From positions 1 through 45,724 of the IMG/VR virus record IMGVR_UViG_3300034032_000023: DNA of 45,724 nt; one strand, given 5' to 3'. The stretch is from a virus. Lineage: Duplodnaviria > Caudoviricetes. Numbering within the stretch: the first letter of the stretch is position 1; each line of letters starts with the position of its first letter. The notes beneath the pieces are model-generated. The model had not been told where the DNA came from. It did not search any database and saw nothing but the letters and a program-made list of their open reading frames with translations. A program made the position numbers and the translations under genes. Positions 34,874 through 44,621 of this stretch are shown here, in pieces.

Positions 34874-37558
34874 TTAGCTCTCGATGTGGAGCGGCACGCC
34901 GCTCTCAGTGGTCATGATGGCCCCGTCCTCGTATGCGAGCAGCGTTTCTGCGCCCTCGTAGAAGAATCGGACCACGGCAGGCTGCCAGCTCTCGAGCTCG
35001 TCGCGCACGCTGTGCAGCTCGAGCACGACGGCGCCGGTGAAATCGAAGGCGTGCGAGGCCGCGGCACCGCTGAAGGCGGGCGCGGTGTGCAGCAGCGTGT
35101 CGTCGGTGGCGTCGTAGTAGCGCGCCTGGTATTCGGTGCCCGGCTCCGGCCCGACGCTGGCCTCGCCCCACGCCACGCGCTGGTCGGCTTGGAGGATCCG
35201 GTCGCGGTGCGCGAGCGTGATCTCGACCGTCGTCCCAACGGATGCGGTCGGGGCGTAGCTGCCGGCGACCTTGACGTTGGCTGGCGGGTAGGGCCGCGCG
35301 GCGCGCTGGTCCATCTCCACGCTCATCGCCGGCGCGAAGTTGACGTGCAGCTCGGCGGAGCTGGTGCGGGTGGCGGCCTTGGCGAAGGCCTCCTCTCCGA
35401 CGAGGTACTCGCGCTGGTCGGTCGCTGCCCAGAGGTCGTAGAACCAGATGCGTTCGCCGGGCTCGTGCAGCTGCGGCACCGTGTCGCCGACGCCTCGAGC
35501 GAGCGTGATCGCGCCGGTGCCGGCGTTCCATGCGTCGACGCGCACGATCTCGCTGCCCCACAGCGCCGCGGTGCCGATCGTGATGCGGCTCAGGTTCGAT
35601 CCGTCGCTCAGGGTGAAGGCCGTCTCGGTCGGCAGGGCCTCGGCGCCTTCAACGACGAGCGCGGTGGGCGTCCAGTCGGCCTCGCCCTGGTCGACGTAGG
35701 CCTCGGCGCCTGCCTTGGTGAAGAGGCGGAAGTTCATGCCGGCGCCTGGGGGCGCGGCGAGGGCCAGCAGGTAGCCGGCCTCGGGCGCGATGAGCGCCAG
35801 CTGGGCGCTTGGCACCGTGCCGGCGATCTCCATGTAGGGCGCCTCGATCGCGAGCTGGTCCACGACGGGCTCGGGCGGCGCGTTCGGGTTCGGATCCACG
35901 CCGGGCTGCGGCACCACGTAGGTCGCGTCGGGCAAGTGCGCCACGTCCTGGATGGCCGTCATCGTCATCGCGCCGCTGCGCAGCGTGCCGGCGCTGATCT
36001 CCGCCACCATGCAGATCATGTCGGCGATGCCGCGGCGCGGCGCCTGCAGGCGGAAGAACGTACCCGCGCGCCAGCTGCTGGTCTTGCGGCGCGTGGTGGT
36101 CATCTGGAAGCGGTTATTCGGGCTGCTCTTGTTCTTGAGGTCGCGCGCGGCAACGCGAAGGGCCAGTTCCTCGGACGGCAGCTCGTAGTACTTGGCGGTC
36201 TCGCTCATGACCGCGCCGCTCGCCATGATCGCGCCGAGGCTCTGCAGCGGCGTGGTGGTGCGCTTTTCCTTCGCGGTCGGGTCGTACCACTCGACGACGA
36301 CCTCGTTCACCGAGTCGAAGGGGCTGGTGGGCTCCCGGGTGAATTCCAGAATGTCGGCATCGCTCAGGATCGGCAGCGTCTCCGGGTCGTAGTCCCCGCG
36401 GATGACGTCGAGGCGATAGCGCCCGTCGATCCGGCTCTGCGAGAGCGTGGCGCCGACGACCGTCTGGATGCGCTCCTGGAATTGCTCGATCGACTCGCGG
36501 CTGTGGTCGTAGGTCGTGCACAGCGCGAAGCCTTCCGCATAGAAGCGATCCGCGGCGGCGATGAAGCTGGCCTCGTCGATGTTCTCGACGGGTTCGTTGA
36601 GCATGTGCTGGCTGGTCAGCGACTCGTAGAGGATGTGCGCCGGGTTCATGCCGTAGCCGACGAAGGCCCCGCCCTCCCAGCTGATGTCGACGCCGCTGTA
36701 GATGTTGGCGCCGTCGCCCACCGGCGCCGCATTCTTCACCTGCACCGCGAGCTGGTTGACGTCGGCAACGTACTCCGGCGCGACCACGTGCACCGCGTGC
36801 CCCACGGTCGCGTTGAGCAGCTGCTGGCCGTTCCACCAGACGTAGGCCCCGTCGTCGGAGTCCACCGTCACCGTGACCGCGGCGCCTGGCGGGATCTGCG
36901 AGATCGTCTTGCGCGTCCACACTTGGCTGCCGCTGACGCCGCCCGGCAGCGCCGTGTTGACGTCCGGGTAGTAGGTGTTGCCGAACGGGCCTACGCCGAC
37001 CGCCCAGCCGCTATCGTCGAAGTCCTCGGCCGAGGCGCCGGCGACGTGGTTCGATTCGGTGTAGAGGTAGCGCCATGGCGTGTCGCGCAGGATCTGGTTG
37101 ATCGAGGCGATCGCGCCCACGCCGTAGGGGATCGCTGCCTTTTCCGGGTACCACGGCTCGTCGTTATCCCAGCCCGCCTTGATCCGCTCGACCTTGAAGG
37201 CGACCGACTTCGGGTATGGCGCGGTGCCGAACCGCCCGCCCTTGAAGAGGAAGGTGAATTTGCCGCGCAGCCCGCTGATCTGCGGGGTCAGCTCGGACTG
37301 CAGGTACGCGCTCGGCGCTTGGTCGGCCTCGCCGAACATGACGTCCGCCGGGCCGACGATGCCGCCTTCCTTTTCCTCGCCGCCCCAGAGGTTGGGCATG
37401 TCGATGTCGATCGTGTCGCTCGAGACCAGCCGGCCCACCCACGCGGTGCGGTCGCCTCCACGGAATTCGAGGAACGCGTCAACGGGCCCGCGGCACAGGC
37501 CGTAGTGAAACAGCATCTCGTAGTGGTAGCCGACGGTCTGCTTTTTACCGCTGCCCAT
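34874..37558 (-). CDS. Central tail tip/hub protein with an inserted sugar-binding-like domain
   Basis: MGSGKKQTVGYHY, LWGGEEKEGG, WYPEKA, MNPAHILYE, ARPYPP motifs of D3112-like tail proteins. Confidence 0.85.
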   Translation of the reverse strand: MGSGKKQTVGYHYEMLFHYGLCRGPVDAFLEFRGGDRTAWVGRLVSSDTIDIDMPNLWGGEEKEGGIVGPADVMFGEADQAPSAYLQSELTPQISGLRGKFTFLFKGGRFGTAPYPKSVAFKVERIKAGWDNDEPWYPEKAAIPYGVGAIASINQILRDTPWRYLYTESNHVAGASAEDFDDSGWAVGVGPFGNTYYPDVNTALPGGVSGSQVWTRKTISQIPPGAAVTVTVDSDDGAYVWWNGQQLLNATVGHAVHVVAPEYVADVNQLAVQVKNAAPVGDGANIYSGVDISWEGGAFVGYGMNPAHILYESLTSQHMLNEPVENIDEASFIAAADRFYAEGFALCTTYDHSRESIEQFQERIQTVVGATLSQSRIDGRYRLDVIRGDYDPETLPILSDADILEFTREPTSPFDSVNEVVVEWYDPTAKEKRTTTPLQSLGAIMASGAVMSETAKYYELPSEELALRVAARDLKNKSSPNNRFQMTTTRRKTSSWRAGTFFRLQAPRRGIADMICMVAEISAGTLRSGAMTMTAIQDVAHLPDATYVVPQPGVDPNPNAPPEPVVDQLAIEAPYMEIAGTVPSAQLALIAPEAGYLLALAAPPGAGMNFRLFTKAGAEAYVDQGEADWTPTALVVEGAEALPTETAFTLSDGSNLSRITIGTAALWGSEIVRVDAWNAGTGAITLARGVGDTVPQLHEPGERIWFYDLWAATDQREYLVGEEAFAKAATRTSSAELHVNFAPAMSVEMDQRAARPYPPANVKVAGSYAPTASVGTTVEITLAHRDRILQADQRVAWGEASVGPEPGTEYQARYYDATDDTLLHTAPAFSGAAASHAFDFTGAVVLELHSVRDELESWQPAVVRFFYEGAETLLAYEDGAIMTTESGVPLHIES

Positions 37559-37766
37559 GCTTTTCCCCTTGCGCGTGCGCGACGAGGGCGATCGCGAATG
37601 CGTCGCCCGTGGCCAGCAGCACGTCGGCGTCGATCCCCTCGCGGACGAAGTCGGCCCAGCTCACGCCGTAGCGGGCGCACCATGCGCGCGCGCCGGGCGC
37701 GCACAGCCCGGGCCGCGGTCCGAAGCCCTGGACGGTCCGGAGGTGCTGGACGGTTACGCGCGTCAC
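37545..37766 (-). CDS. Small tail assembly protein (73 aa)
   Basis: HLR...GLC..GARAW..RYGVSWADFVREGI motif of D3112-like tails. Confidence 0.75.
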   Translation of the reverse strand: MTRVTVQHLRTVQGFGPRPGLCAPGARAWCARYGVSWADFVREGIDADVLLATGDAFAIALVAHAQGEKHGQR

Positions 37767-38197
37767 TTGCCGGCCTTTTTCTTGATGGGCACTTCGCCCA
37801 TGCGCTTGAAGGCGAGGACCATCGGGTCCTCGATCCAGACCGTCCCGAACACGTGGATGATCGCCTTGCCGTCGTCGGCCTCGGGGATCCGGCTCTTGCC
37901 GGGCTCGGGCTCTTTCGGCTTCGGCGCGAGCGCGTAGGCCAGCACCGCGGCGACCACGAGGATGACGAGGTACCAGACGATCTGGATCCACGCGTGCTGC
38001 ACGGGCTGGCCGGCCACCTGGTGAACCTGCGGCATGCCGGCCAGCCAGCGGTCGACCGCGACCGCGGGGCGCCAGAGCACCAGCAGGAGGGTGGCGGCGA
38101 TCGCGAGGCGGGCGGCGCCGTGTCGCTCGCGCAGGAAGCGGTCGAGCTGCAGGCGTCCGAAATCCAGCCACCAGCGGGCGTGCTCGAGCGGCGTCAC
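37763..38197 (-). CDS. Tail assembly protein with hydrophobic segments
   Basis: LAPKP...P.A.DG..I..VFGTVWI...IKKK motif; GTGA-coupled. Confidence 0.7.
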   Translation of the reverse strand: MTPLEHARWWLDFGRLQLDRFLRERHGAARLAIAATLLLVLWRPAVAVDRWLAGMPQVHQVAGQPVQHAWIQIVWYLVILVVAAVLAYALAPKPKEPEPGKSRIPEADDGKAIIHVFGTVWIEDPMVLAFKRMGEVPIKKKAGK

Positions 38198-39012
38198 GTC
38201 GGGTCTCCATCGTGGGGCGACTTGCGCGGGATGGTCAGCACGCCGCCGTAGTTGGGGGTGTTCTCGAAGTACTCGCAATCGGACCACGTGTGGTTGCAGC
38301 CGGGCAAGGCCTCCGCCTCGTCGCCCTCTGCCAGCGCGTCGGTGCCGAAGTCGACGACGATGGTGTCGCCGAGGTGCGCCATGATCGTGCGGTAGTCGGT
38401 GTCGCCGTCGGGCCGCGTCCACCGCAGGAAGCCGCCGGCGAGGCGTCCTACCGGCAGGCTCGCGAATTCGGGAGCGACGATCTCCAGCCCGCTGATCGAC
38501 TCGATGGTGGCGGGCACCTTGTGCTCGTCCTCGTCGGCGTTGCACATGCCGAGGCCCTTCGAATACAGCGGAAGCGGGCAGCCGCGCTGCCAGCGCAGGT
38601 TGTTGCCCCGCGAACGCGTGATCGCGCGGGTCGGCTCGCACAACAGCTCGAGCTTCGTGTCATGGAATTTCGGGGTGAGTACTCGTCCGCTCCACTCGAC
38701 CGCGAAGTCGTCGTCGCCGCGGTGCCAGCTCAGGCACTCGACCAGCACCGGCTGCGGTGTCGGGAACGGCAGCCAGTTCGACGCGACGGGAAGGTCGGGC
38801 GGCAGGGTGATCGTAACGCGGTTCTTGGCGCGCTGGCTGCTGTCCTGGATGGCGCTCCGGCTCACGCCGCCGGGCGCCTCGAACAGCTCGGCGCCGAGCT
38901 GCACCGGGTGCATGCCGGTCGTGTAGCGCCAGTACTGCGCGCCGCGCTTGAACCGGATCAGGCCCACCGGCTCGCCGCCGAACAGGGAAATCTCGCGGAG
39001 GCTAAACGTCAT
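38194..39012 (-). CDS. Tail tip protein, DUF2163/BR0599-like (lambda gpL-like Fe-S ligands)
   Basis: GCPLPLY...MC and PGCNHTWSDC...NYGG. Confidence 0.82.
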   Translation of the reverse strand: MTFSLREISLFGGEPVGLIRFKRGAQYWRYTTGMHPVQLGAELFEAPGGVSRSAIQDSSQRAKNRVTITLPPDLPVASNWLPFPTPQPVLVECLSWHRGDDDFAVEWSGRVLTPKFHDTKLELLCEPTRAITRSRGNNLRWQRGCPLPLYSKGLGMCNADEDEHKVPATIESISGLEIVAPEFASLPVGRLAGGFLRWTRPDGDTDYRTIMAHLGDTIVVDFGTDALAEGDEAEALPGCNHTWSDCEYFENTPNYGGVLTIPRKSPHDGDPT

Positions 39013-40177
39013 GGTTGATGCCCTTGAAGCTCAGCTCGCAGGCTACGACGTCGTGCGCCCAGCTGCGCAGCACGTTGACGTCGCTGTCCTGGAGGCAGAG
39101 CGCCATGAAGCTGACCGCCGCGATGTCGTCGGGCCCGACCCCGCCTGGCAGGCCGCTGTCGAGCACGAGGCGCTCAGTGGCCGGGTTCACCTGCGTGGCC
39201 GCGGTGATGCGCCGGTAGAGCGCGGTGCCGTCGCGCAGCTGGATCCGGATGTCGCGGCGGTTGGCCTTGATCGGCCACTGGCTGAAGCCGAACCACTCGA
39301 CGTCGAGCGCGTCGGCAGCGTTGAAGGTCTCGACGCTGATGTCGGCGCCGAGGCTCGGCACCCAGATCGGCGTCCACCGCCCGCTCAGCGCGTAGACGAG
39401 GCTGCGCAGGCGCGCGATGCCGGCGCGGTCGGTGACCGTGGTGTCGTAGCGGATCTCGGGCAACAGCACGCCGGCGCGGTCGTAGACGCGGACGCGGCCG
39501 GTGCCGCTGTCGACCTGGTCGATGTTCCGGTCGGGCGCGAAGTTCGGGTCCGAGCTCCAGTCGGGCGGGATCTCGAGCACCGGGAAGTCGCGGTAGGCCG
39601 GGAGGTCATCGGCGGCCGGCCACGGCATCGGGGTCTCGACGCGGAAGCTGATCGAAAAGGCCATCGCATCGCCACTGAAACGGCCCAGCGCGGGCGTCTG
39701 GGCGAGGCGCGCGCCTGCGGTGGGGTAGACGACCGTTCCGCGCGGCCACGCGCGCGACAGGGGCTGCGCCGTGCTGATGCCGTTGCCGGTCAGGCCGAGC
39801 ACCTGGACGACCTCATGGGTGCGCGCATCGGGGCCCAGCAGGATGGCGTTGCCGCCGGCGACGAAACGGCGTCCGGCTCGATCGAGGAACAGGCTGCTCG
39901 TGTTGGCCGCCGATCCTTCCCACAGCTCGGTCGCGTCCAGCCCGATCGGCGCATGCCAGAGGCCGGCGCGGTTCGACGCCAGCACGGTCTCCAGCCAGCG
40001 GCGCGCGGCGCCCTGCTCGAGGCCGTCGAAGTTCAGGAACGTCCGGGCCTCCTCTCGCAGCTTCCGCGTCTGCGGCGGCCCGTAGGGCGGCTCCATGACG
40101 TCCGTCAGCCACTCGAGGCGCTCGGAAACCGCGCCGCCAAGGCCGAAGGGCCACGCGACGGCGTCAGCCACCAGCAC
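39002..40177 (-). CDS. Minor tail (distal tail-like) protein
   Basis: ERLEWLTDV, GRWTPIWVPS motifs; immediately after the tape measure gene. Confidence 0.75.
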   Translation of the reverse strand: MLVADAVAWPFGLGGAVSERLEWLTDVMEPPYGPPQTRKLREEARTFLNFDGLEQGAARRWLETVLASNRAGLWHAPIGLDATELWEGSAANTSSLFLDRAGRRFVAGGNAILLGPDARTHEVVQVLGLTGNGISTAQPLSRAWPRGTVVYPTAGARLAQTPALGRFSGDAMAFSISFRVETPMPWPAADDLPAYRDFPVLEIPPDWSSDPNFAPDRNIDQVDSGTGRVRVYDRAGVLLPEIRYDTTVTDRAGIARLRSLVYALSGRWTPIWVPSLGADISVETFNAADALDVEWFGFSQWPIKANRRDIRIQLRDGTALYRRITAATQVNPATERLVLDSGLPGGVGPDDIAAVSFMALCLQDSDVNVLRSWAHDVVACELSFKGINHDV

Positions 40178-43076
40178 GGGTCAGGCCCTCCCAGTTGTTG
40201 CGCACGTGGGTCATGACGACGTCCTCGCCCGCGGCGCTGGCCAGTGCGTCGGCGATCGCCCGGTCGCCGATGGCCACGATCGGCGTCTTAACCAGCCCGC
40301 CCTCGCGCGGCTGCAGGCCGCCGTTCTCGCGGTGCCGCGGGTCCATCTTGGTGAGTACTTCCTCGCCCTTTTTCGTAATGATCGGGACCTCGTCGGGGCC
40401 GAGGCCCGCCACGCCGCCGGTGTGGTACCGCGGGGCTCCGGCAAACAGCGCGATCGGCACTTGGCGCCGCGTGGCGCCCGCTCCGGCCATGCCGCCGCTA
40501 TGGTTCGCAGTGGCGCCCATGAGCGCCGCGGTTGCCTTGCCGAGGCCGGGGTAGATGGCGTCGAGCAGCTGCAGCACGAGGTACGTGGCCAGCGCCTGGG
40601 CGGCGATCTGGGCCATGCCCTTGATGAAGTTCAGCACGAAGTCGCGCAGCGCCTCGCCGGCCGTCTTGGTGCCGCTGGCGAGGTCGGTGAACAGCTGGGT
40701 CAGCGCGCCCTTCAGCACCTGCGCGGCCTTGTAGCCGAGGCTCTCCGTGTTGATGCTCATCTGGGCGATCTGCCCATTGATGACGTCGAGTTCCTCGGTC
40801 GCCTCGCGCATTGCCATCGCGTCGCCGGCAGCGCGGGCGTTGGCCTGGATCTCGAGGAGGAGGTCGCGCTGGGTGATGAGGATCGCGAGCGACGCCTGGC
40901 GCTGCTCGTTGATGCGGGCCTCGGCGTCGCTCTGCGCGAGCATGCCGGCTTCGACCTGGGCGCTGGCCGAGGTCTGGACGGCCTGGAGCCGCTGGGTGGC
41001 CTCGCTGACGCGGGTCTCGACTTCGTTGAGCTGGGCCCGGAAGGTCTCCGCGTTGATGACCTTGCGCGCGAGCGCCTCACCGGCGGTGTCGCCTTCGGCC
41101 TGCAGCCGCAGGATCAGTTCCCTGAATTCCTCCTCGAGCTGCGCGCGCGTCGCGCGGCCGGTCTCGCCTTGTGCCTGCAGCATCCGGATCTGCAGCGCGC
41201 CAAGCTGGCGGGTCAGTTCCTCCTCGGCATCCTTCTGGCCGTTGATCGCGTCCTCGGCGACCTTTTTCCGGTCGCGCATCAGCACGATGATCTTGGCGTT
41301 CGCGTCGGCGACTTCCGTGGCGCCCTTCGCGGCACCGCGCTCCGCCTGCGCCGCCTCGAGCGCGGCGTCGATCCCCTCGAGCTCGAGGCGCTGTTTCTCG
41401 TCGAAGTACGCCTTGATGCTGATCTTGCCGGTGTCGTACAGGCGCTGCAGCTGCGCCAGCGACCGCTCGACGGCGTCCTGGACCAGCTGGGCGTGCGTCG
41501 CGGCGAGCTGGGCGGCTTCCTTCGTGCCCCTGCCCGTCCCGCCACCGCCGCCGCCACCGCCGCCGCCCTTCCCGCCACCGCCGCCCTTCCCGCCGGTCGC
41601 GTACTCGGCGTCGATCTCCGCTGCCGCCATCGCGTCGAATGCCTCGCCGACGTCGGCCATCGCCTGGCGGGTTTCCTTGCGGACGCGGTCGACGGCCTTA
41701 CCCAGTCCCTCGGCACTCATCTGCGCGCCGGCGAGCTTGTCCGCTACGCCGTCGTAGAAGTCGCCCAGCCGGTCGCCCACGCCGGGGATATTCCGCATGC
41801 CGTTGCCGAGCGCCCGGTAGAAGCCCTCGGCCTTGCTCAGCACCCAGTTGAACGCGCTGGCGAAGGTCTCGCGGAAGGCGATGCCGACCACGCGCATCTG
41901 GCCCCTGAATTCCTCCCACGCGAGGATCAGTCCGCGGACCAGCGCGAAGCCGGCGAGGCGAACCTCGATGAATTGCTCGCTCAGGTAGGTGCCGATCTGC
42001 CAGCCCGCGAAGGCCGCCACCAGCACGCCGAGCGCCGTCCGGATCGCGGTCAATGCGAGCGGGCCCTGGGCGCCGAGCAGCCTGAAGCTGCCGGTCGTCA
42101 GCGTGATCTGGCCGCGCAGCGCGGTGAAGCCGGCGATGATCGCCGGCAGGGCCGCCTGGGCCTTCATGGCGAGCCAGAAGGCCGCCACGACGGGCGCCAG
42201 CCGCAGGAAGCCATCGATCAGCGCCGGGAGGTTCCTGGCGATCGCCTGGAGCGCCTCGGCGAAGTCGCGCGCCGCGCCGCCTGCCTCCGTGCTGGTCGCG
42301 AGGTAGTTCACGAAGGCGCTGCGGATGGCGGTGAAGCCGGACGCGATCGAGGGCGGAAAGCTGTCGAATTCGGCCTTGATCGACTGGCCTTCCTTGAGCA
42401 GCGCGTTCAGCACCGCGGTGGCCGTCAGCTTCCCTTCCTCGGCGGCCTTGCGCAGCTTGCCGAACGGGATGTTCATGCCCTCGGCGATCGCCTCCGCGAG
42501 CCGCGGCGCCTGCTCGAGCACCGAGTTCAATTCCTCGCCGCGGAGCGTGCCGCTCGCGAGGCCCTGGCTGAGCTGGAACAGCGCGGCCTCGGCACCGGCT
42601 CCGCCGCCGCTGATGGCTGCGGCCTGGTTGATCGTCTCGGTCAGCTGGAGCTGCTGTTGCTGCGTCAGCTTCGTGGCGCGCGTGCTGCGCTCGATTCGGC
42701 CGTAGAGCTCGACCGTGGCCAGCAGGCTGGTGCGTGTGCGCTGCGCGATTGCGAACGTCTGCTCTTGCGCTCTGGCGAAGTCCTCCGCCGACTTCGTGGC
42801 CAGCTTCAGGCGCGCGACGATCAAGCCGGCCTCGTCGCTCGCGCGGATCAAGCCGGCCGCACTGAAGCCTGCGCCGAGCGTGCCGATCAGCCCGGCGGCG
42901 AGCCGGGTGGTGTCGCGGATCCGCTGGTTCAGGGCACCGACGCTCTGGGCGGCGGCGGTGCCCACTTGGGCGCCCTTGTTGCGCGTGCTGTCGAGTGAGC
43001 CCTGCAGGGACGCGAGCGCCGCCCGAATCTGGCTTAGCTCGGCGGTGATGCGGATCTGCAGGCTTTCGGTCGCCAC
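40164..43076 (-). CDS. Tail tape measure protein (970 aa)
   Basis: QLSQGLASGTLRGEELNSVLEQAP N-terminal TMP domain; helical body; RYHTGG...DEVP...GEEVL C-terminus. Confidence 0.93.
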   Translation of the reverse strand: MATESLQIRITAELSQIRAALASLQGSLDSTRNKGAQVGTAAAQSVGALNQRIRDTTRLAAGLIGTLGAGFSAAGLIRASDEAGLIVARLKLATKSAEDFARAQEQTFAIAQRTRTSLLATVELYGRIERSTRATKLTQQQQLQLTETINQAAAISGGGAGAEAALFQLSQGLASGTLRGEELNSVLEQAPRLAEAIAEGMNIPFGKLRKAAEEGKLTATAVLNALLKEGQSIKAEFDSFPPSIASGFTAIRSAFVNYLATSTEAGGAARDFAEALQAIARNLPALIDGFLRLAPVVAAFWLAMKAQAALPAIIAGFTALRGQITLTTGSFRLLGAQGPLALTAIRTALGVLVAAFAGWQIGTYLSEQFIEVRLAGFALVRGLILAWEEFRGQMRVVGIAFRETFASAFNWVLSKAEGFYRALGNGMRNIPGVGDRLGDFYDGVADKLAGAQMSAEGLGKAVDRVRKETRQAMADVGEAFDAMAAAEIDAEYATGGKGGGGGKGGGGGGGGGGTGRGTKEAAQLAATHAQLVQDAVERSLAQLQRLYDTGKISIKAYFDEKQRLELEGIDAALEAAQAERGAAKGATEVADANAKIIVLMRDRKKVAEDAINGQKDAEEELTRQLGALQIRMLQAQGETGRATRAQLEEEFRELILRLQAEGDTAGEALARKVINAETFRAQLNEVETRVSEATQRLQAVQTSASAQVEAGMLAQSDAEARINEQRQASLAILITQRDLLLEIQANARAAGDAMAMREATEELDVINGQIAQMSINTESLGYKAAQVLKGALTQLFTDLASGTKTAGEALRDFVLNFIKGMAQIAAQALATYLVLQLLDAIYPGLGKATAALMGATANHSGGMAGAGATRRQVPIALFAGAPRYHTGGVAGLGPDEVPIITKKGEEVLTKMDPRHRENGGLQPREGGLVKTPIVAIGDRAIADALASAAGEDVVMTHVRNNWEGLTRAGG

Positions 43077-43078
43077 GG

Positions 43079-43381
43079 CTATTCCTCGAGGAAGGTCTGG
43101 AAGTTGTCAGGCTCGTAGTGATAGGCGGCTCGTGCGATGAGCGCCTGGGCCCGCTCCCTCCTTCGACGCTCCCGGTCGATCGCCTTCCCGTAGAACCGGA
43201 CCTGGGCGAGCGTGTAGCGCTGCACCTGGTCCGGCGGGTGGCCGGCGCCGATCAGCTGCTGGAGGGTGTCGGCCCAACCCCATTCGAGCCCAGCGCTCGT
43301 CCCATTGCGCTTACGAGGGCGCCTGGTGCCACCCGCCCGGGATCCACCCCCAACATCGGGAGGACCCGGTGCGAGAAAAAA
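43079..43381 (-). CDS. gpT-like extension of the tail chaperone reached by a -1 frameshift
   Basis: Open -1 frame from the slippery T TTT TTC (43381-43375) to TAG at 43079; WADTLQQLIGAGH...YTLAQV. Confidence 0.7.
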   Translation of the reverse strand, partial: FFLAPGPPDVGGGSRAGGTRRPRKRNGTSAGLEWGWADTLQQLIGAGHPPDQVQRYTLAQVRFYGKAIDRERRRRERAQALIARAAYHYEPDNFQTFLEE

Positions 43382-43815
43382 TCGCGGTTGACCTCGACGA
43401 TCGCCTTCGCGGCGAGGTAGGTCTCCTGCGGCTCGAAGCGCCCGACCTCGCTGACCTTGATGTCCAGCGCGGTCGCGACCATTTCGTTGATCCGCTCGCC
43501 GTGCTCCGCCATGAGGCGAAGGAAAAAGCCGATCTCCGGACCCACCAGCCGGTCGAGCGCGCTGGTGATCGGCAAGGGGTCGAGGGGCTGGCCGGCCTGC
43601 GGGCTGCTGCCCGGGGGGGGCTCAACAGCAGGCGAGGACGCCGGGGCCGCAAACGTGGCCAGCCCCTCGATGAAGGGAAGTCCGCACCGCAGGATCGGCC
43701 AGATCTGCCGGGTCTCGAGGCGCTTGACTTCGTGGGTCTTGCCGCCGGCGGTGATCTGCCGGGTCTGTGGTGCGAAGGCGTCGATCGCCTCCGCGTGCTG
43801 CGCTGTGCTGTTCAT
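43252..43815 (-). CDS. Tail assembly chaperone (gpG-like)
   Basis: Between tail tube and TMP; contains VEVNRDFF. Confidence 0.78.
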   Translation of the reverse strand: MNSTAQHAEAIDAFAPQTRQITAGGKTHEVKRLETRQIWPILRCGLPFIEGLATFAAPASSPAVEPPPGSSPQAGQPLDPLPITSALDRLVGPEIGFFLRLMAEHGERINEMVATALDIKVSEVGRFEPQETYLAAKAIVEVNRDFFSHRVLPMLGVDPGRVAPGALVSAMGRALGSNGVGPTPSSS

Positions 43816-43850
43816 GGTCCCCCCCGGGGCTTGGTGGTTGCGGGTGTCGA

Positions 43851-44606
43851 TCACTCGACGATGGTGGCCTTCCAGTAGCGGCTGATGCCGTTACCGACCT
43901 TGTTGACGTCCGGCAGGCTCGTGCCGGCGAGCTCGAGCGCGGCGAAGTCGTCGCCGATCCAGTTGATCGCCTGGGCCGGGCTGAATTTCACGCGGAACGC
44001 GTGCACGACGACGGGCGCGTCGCTCTCGGCTTCGTTGAGGCCTTCGAACAGCAGCTCGTACTCGCGGCCGCTGTTGACCATCGCCTCGACCACCTGCTGG
44101 CGCGTGTTGGCATAGGTCACGGCGATGTTGGGCGTGTCGGCGTCGACCGCGTCCGGGATGCCGCTGTCGGCCGGGATCTCGATGCCGCCGGGCGTGATGA
44201 TGTAGTCCTCGCCCGCGGTGTAGGCCGTGCCGCCGCCTGCCGGGGTCACGCTGGTGATCGCGCTCGGCGCGCGGGCCAGCGGCACCGTGCCGCCCTTGAA
44301 GGCCACCACCGGCTCGGCAGCGACGTTGCCGGCCGCGGTCACCGTGACGGCGCCGCCGGTCGCGCGGGCGAGGTTCTCGCCGTTGATGTCGTGCACCGTC
44401 AGGTTGACGCTCACCGAGCTGACGCGGTCGGCCTTGGCGTAGGTGCCGCCGCCGGGCTGCGTGAAGTTCTTGAGTTCCTTCGTGTCGAGCTGGGCGCCGA
44501 AGGTGAGCGCGGATGCGTTGCCGATCGCGATCAGCGGCGCCGCAGCACCCACTTCGCGCATCTTGATCTTGCCGCTGCCGAGGTAGGCGTAGGTCTGGCG
44601 GGCCAT
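43851..44606 (-). CDS. Major tail tube protein
   Basis: YLGSGK, IGNASAL, LLFEGLNEA, IGDDFAALEL motifs; upstream of chaperone and TMP. Confidence 0.85.
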   Translation of the reverse strand: MARQTYAYLGSGKIKMREVGAAAPLIAIGNASALTFGAQLDTKELKNFTQPGGGTYAKADRVSSVSVNLTVHDINGENLARATGGAVTVTAAGNVAAEPVVAFKGGTVPLARAPSAITSVTPAGGGTAYTAGEDYIITPGGIEIPADSGIPDAVDADTPNIAVTYANTRQQVVEAMVNSGREYELLFEGLNEAESDAPVVVHAFRVKFSPAQAINWIGDDFAALELAGTSLPDVNKVGNGISRYWKATIVE

Positions 44607-44621
44607 GATTTTCTCCGGGGG

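Noticed and set aside
33564-37558. Diversity-generating retroelement or invertible tail-fibre segment
   Set aside because: No reverse transcriptase, invertase or template/variable repeat pair seen
34886-38251. Very long plus-strand ORFs (also 40095-42998, 9766-12102, 1797-3584, 13603-15273)
   Set aside because: Antisense shadows of real minus-strand genes, expected in GC-rich DNA; no recognisable motifs
41540-41600. (CCG/CCA)n-rich run; similar runs at about 30530 and 34345
   Set aside because: These encode in-frame Gly linkers; no sign of phase variation
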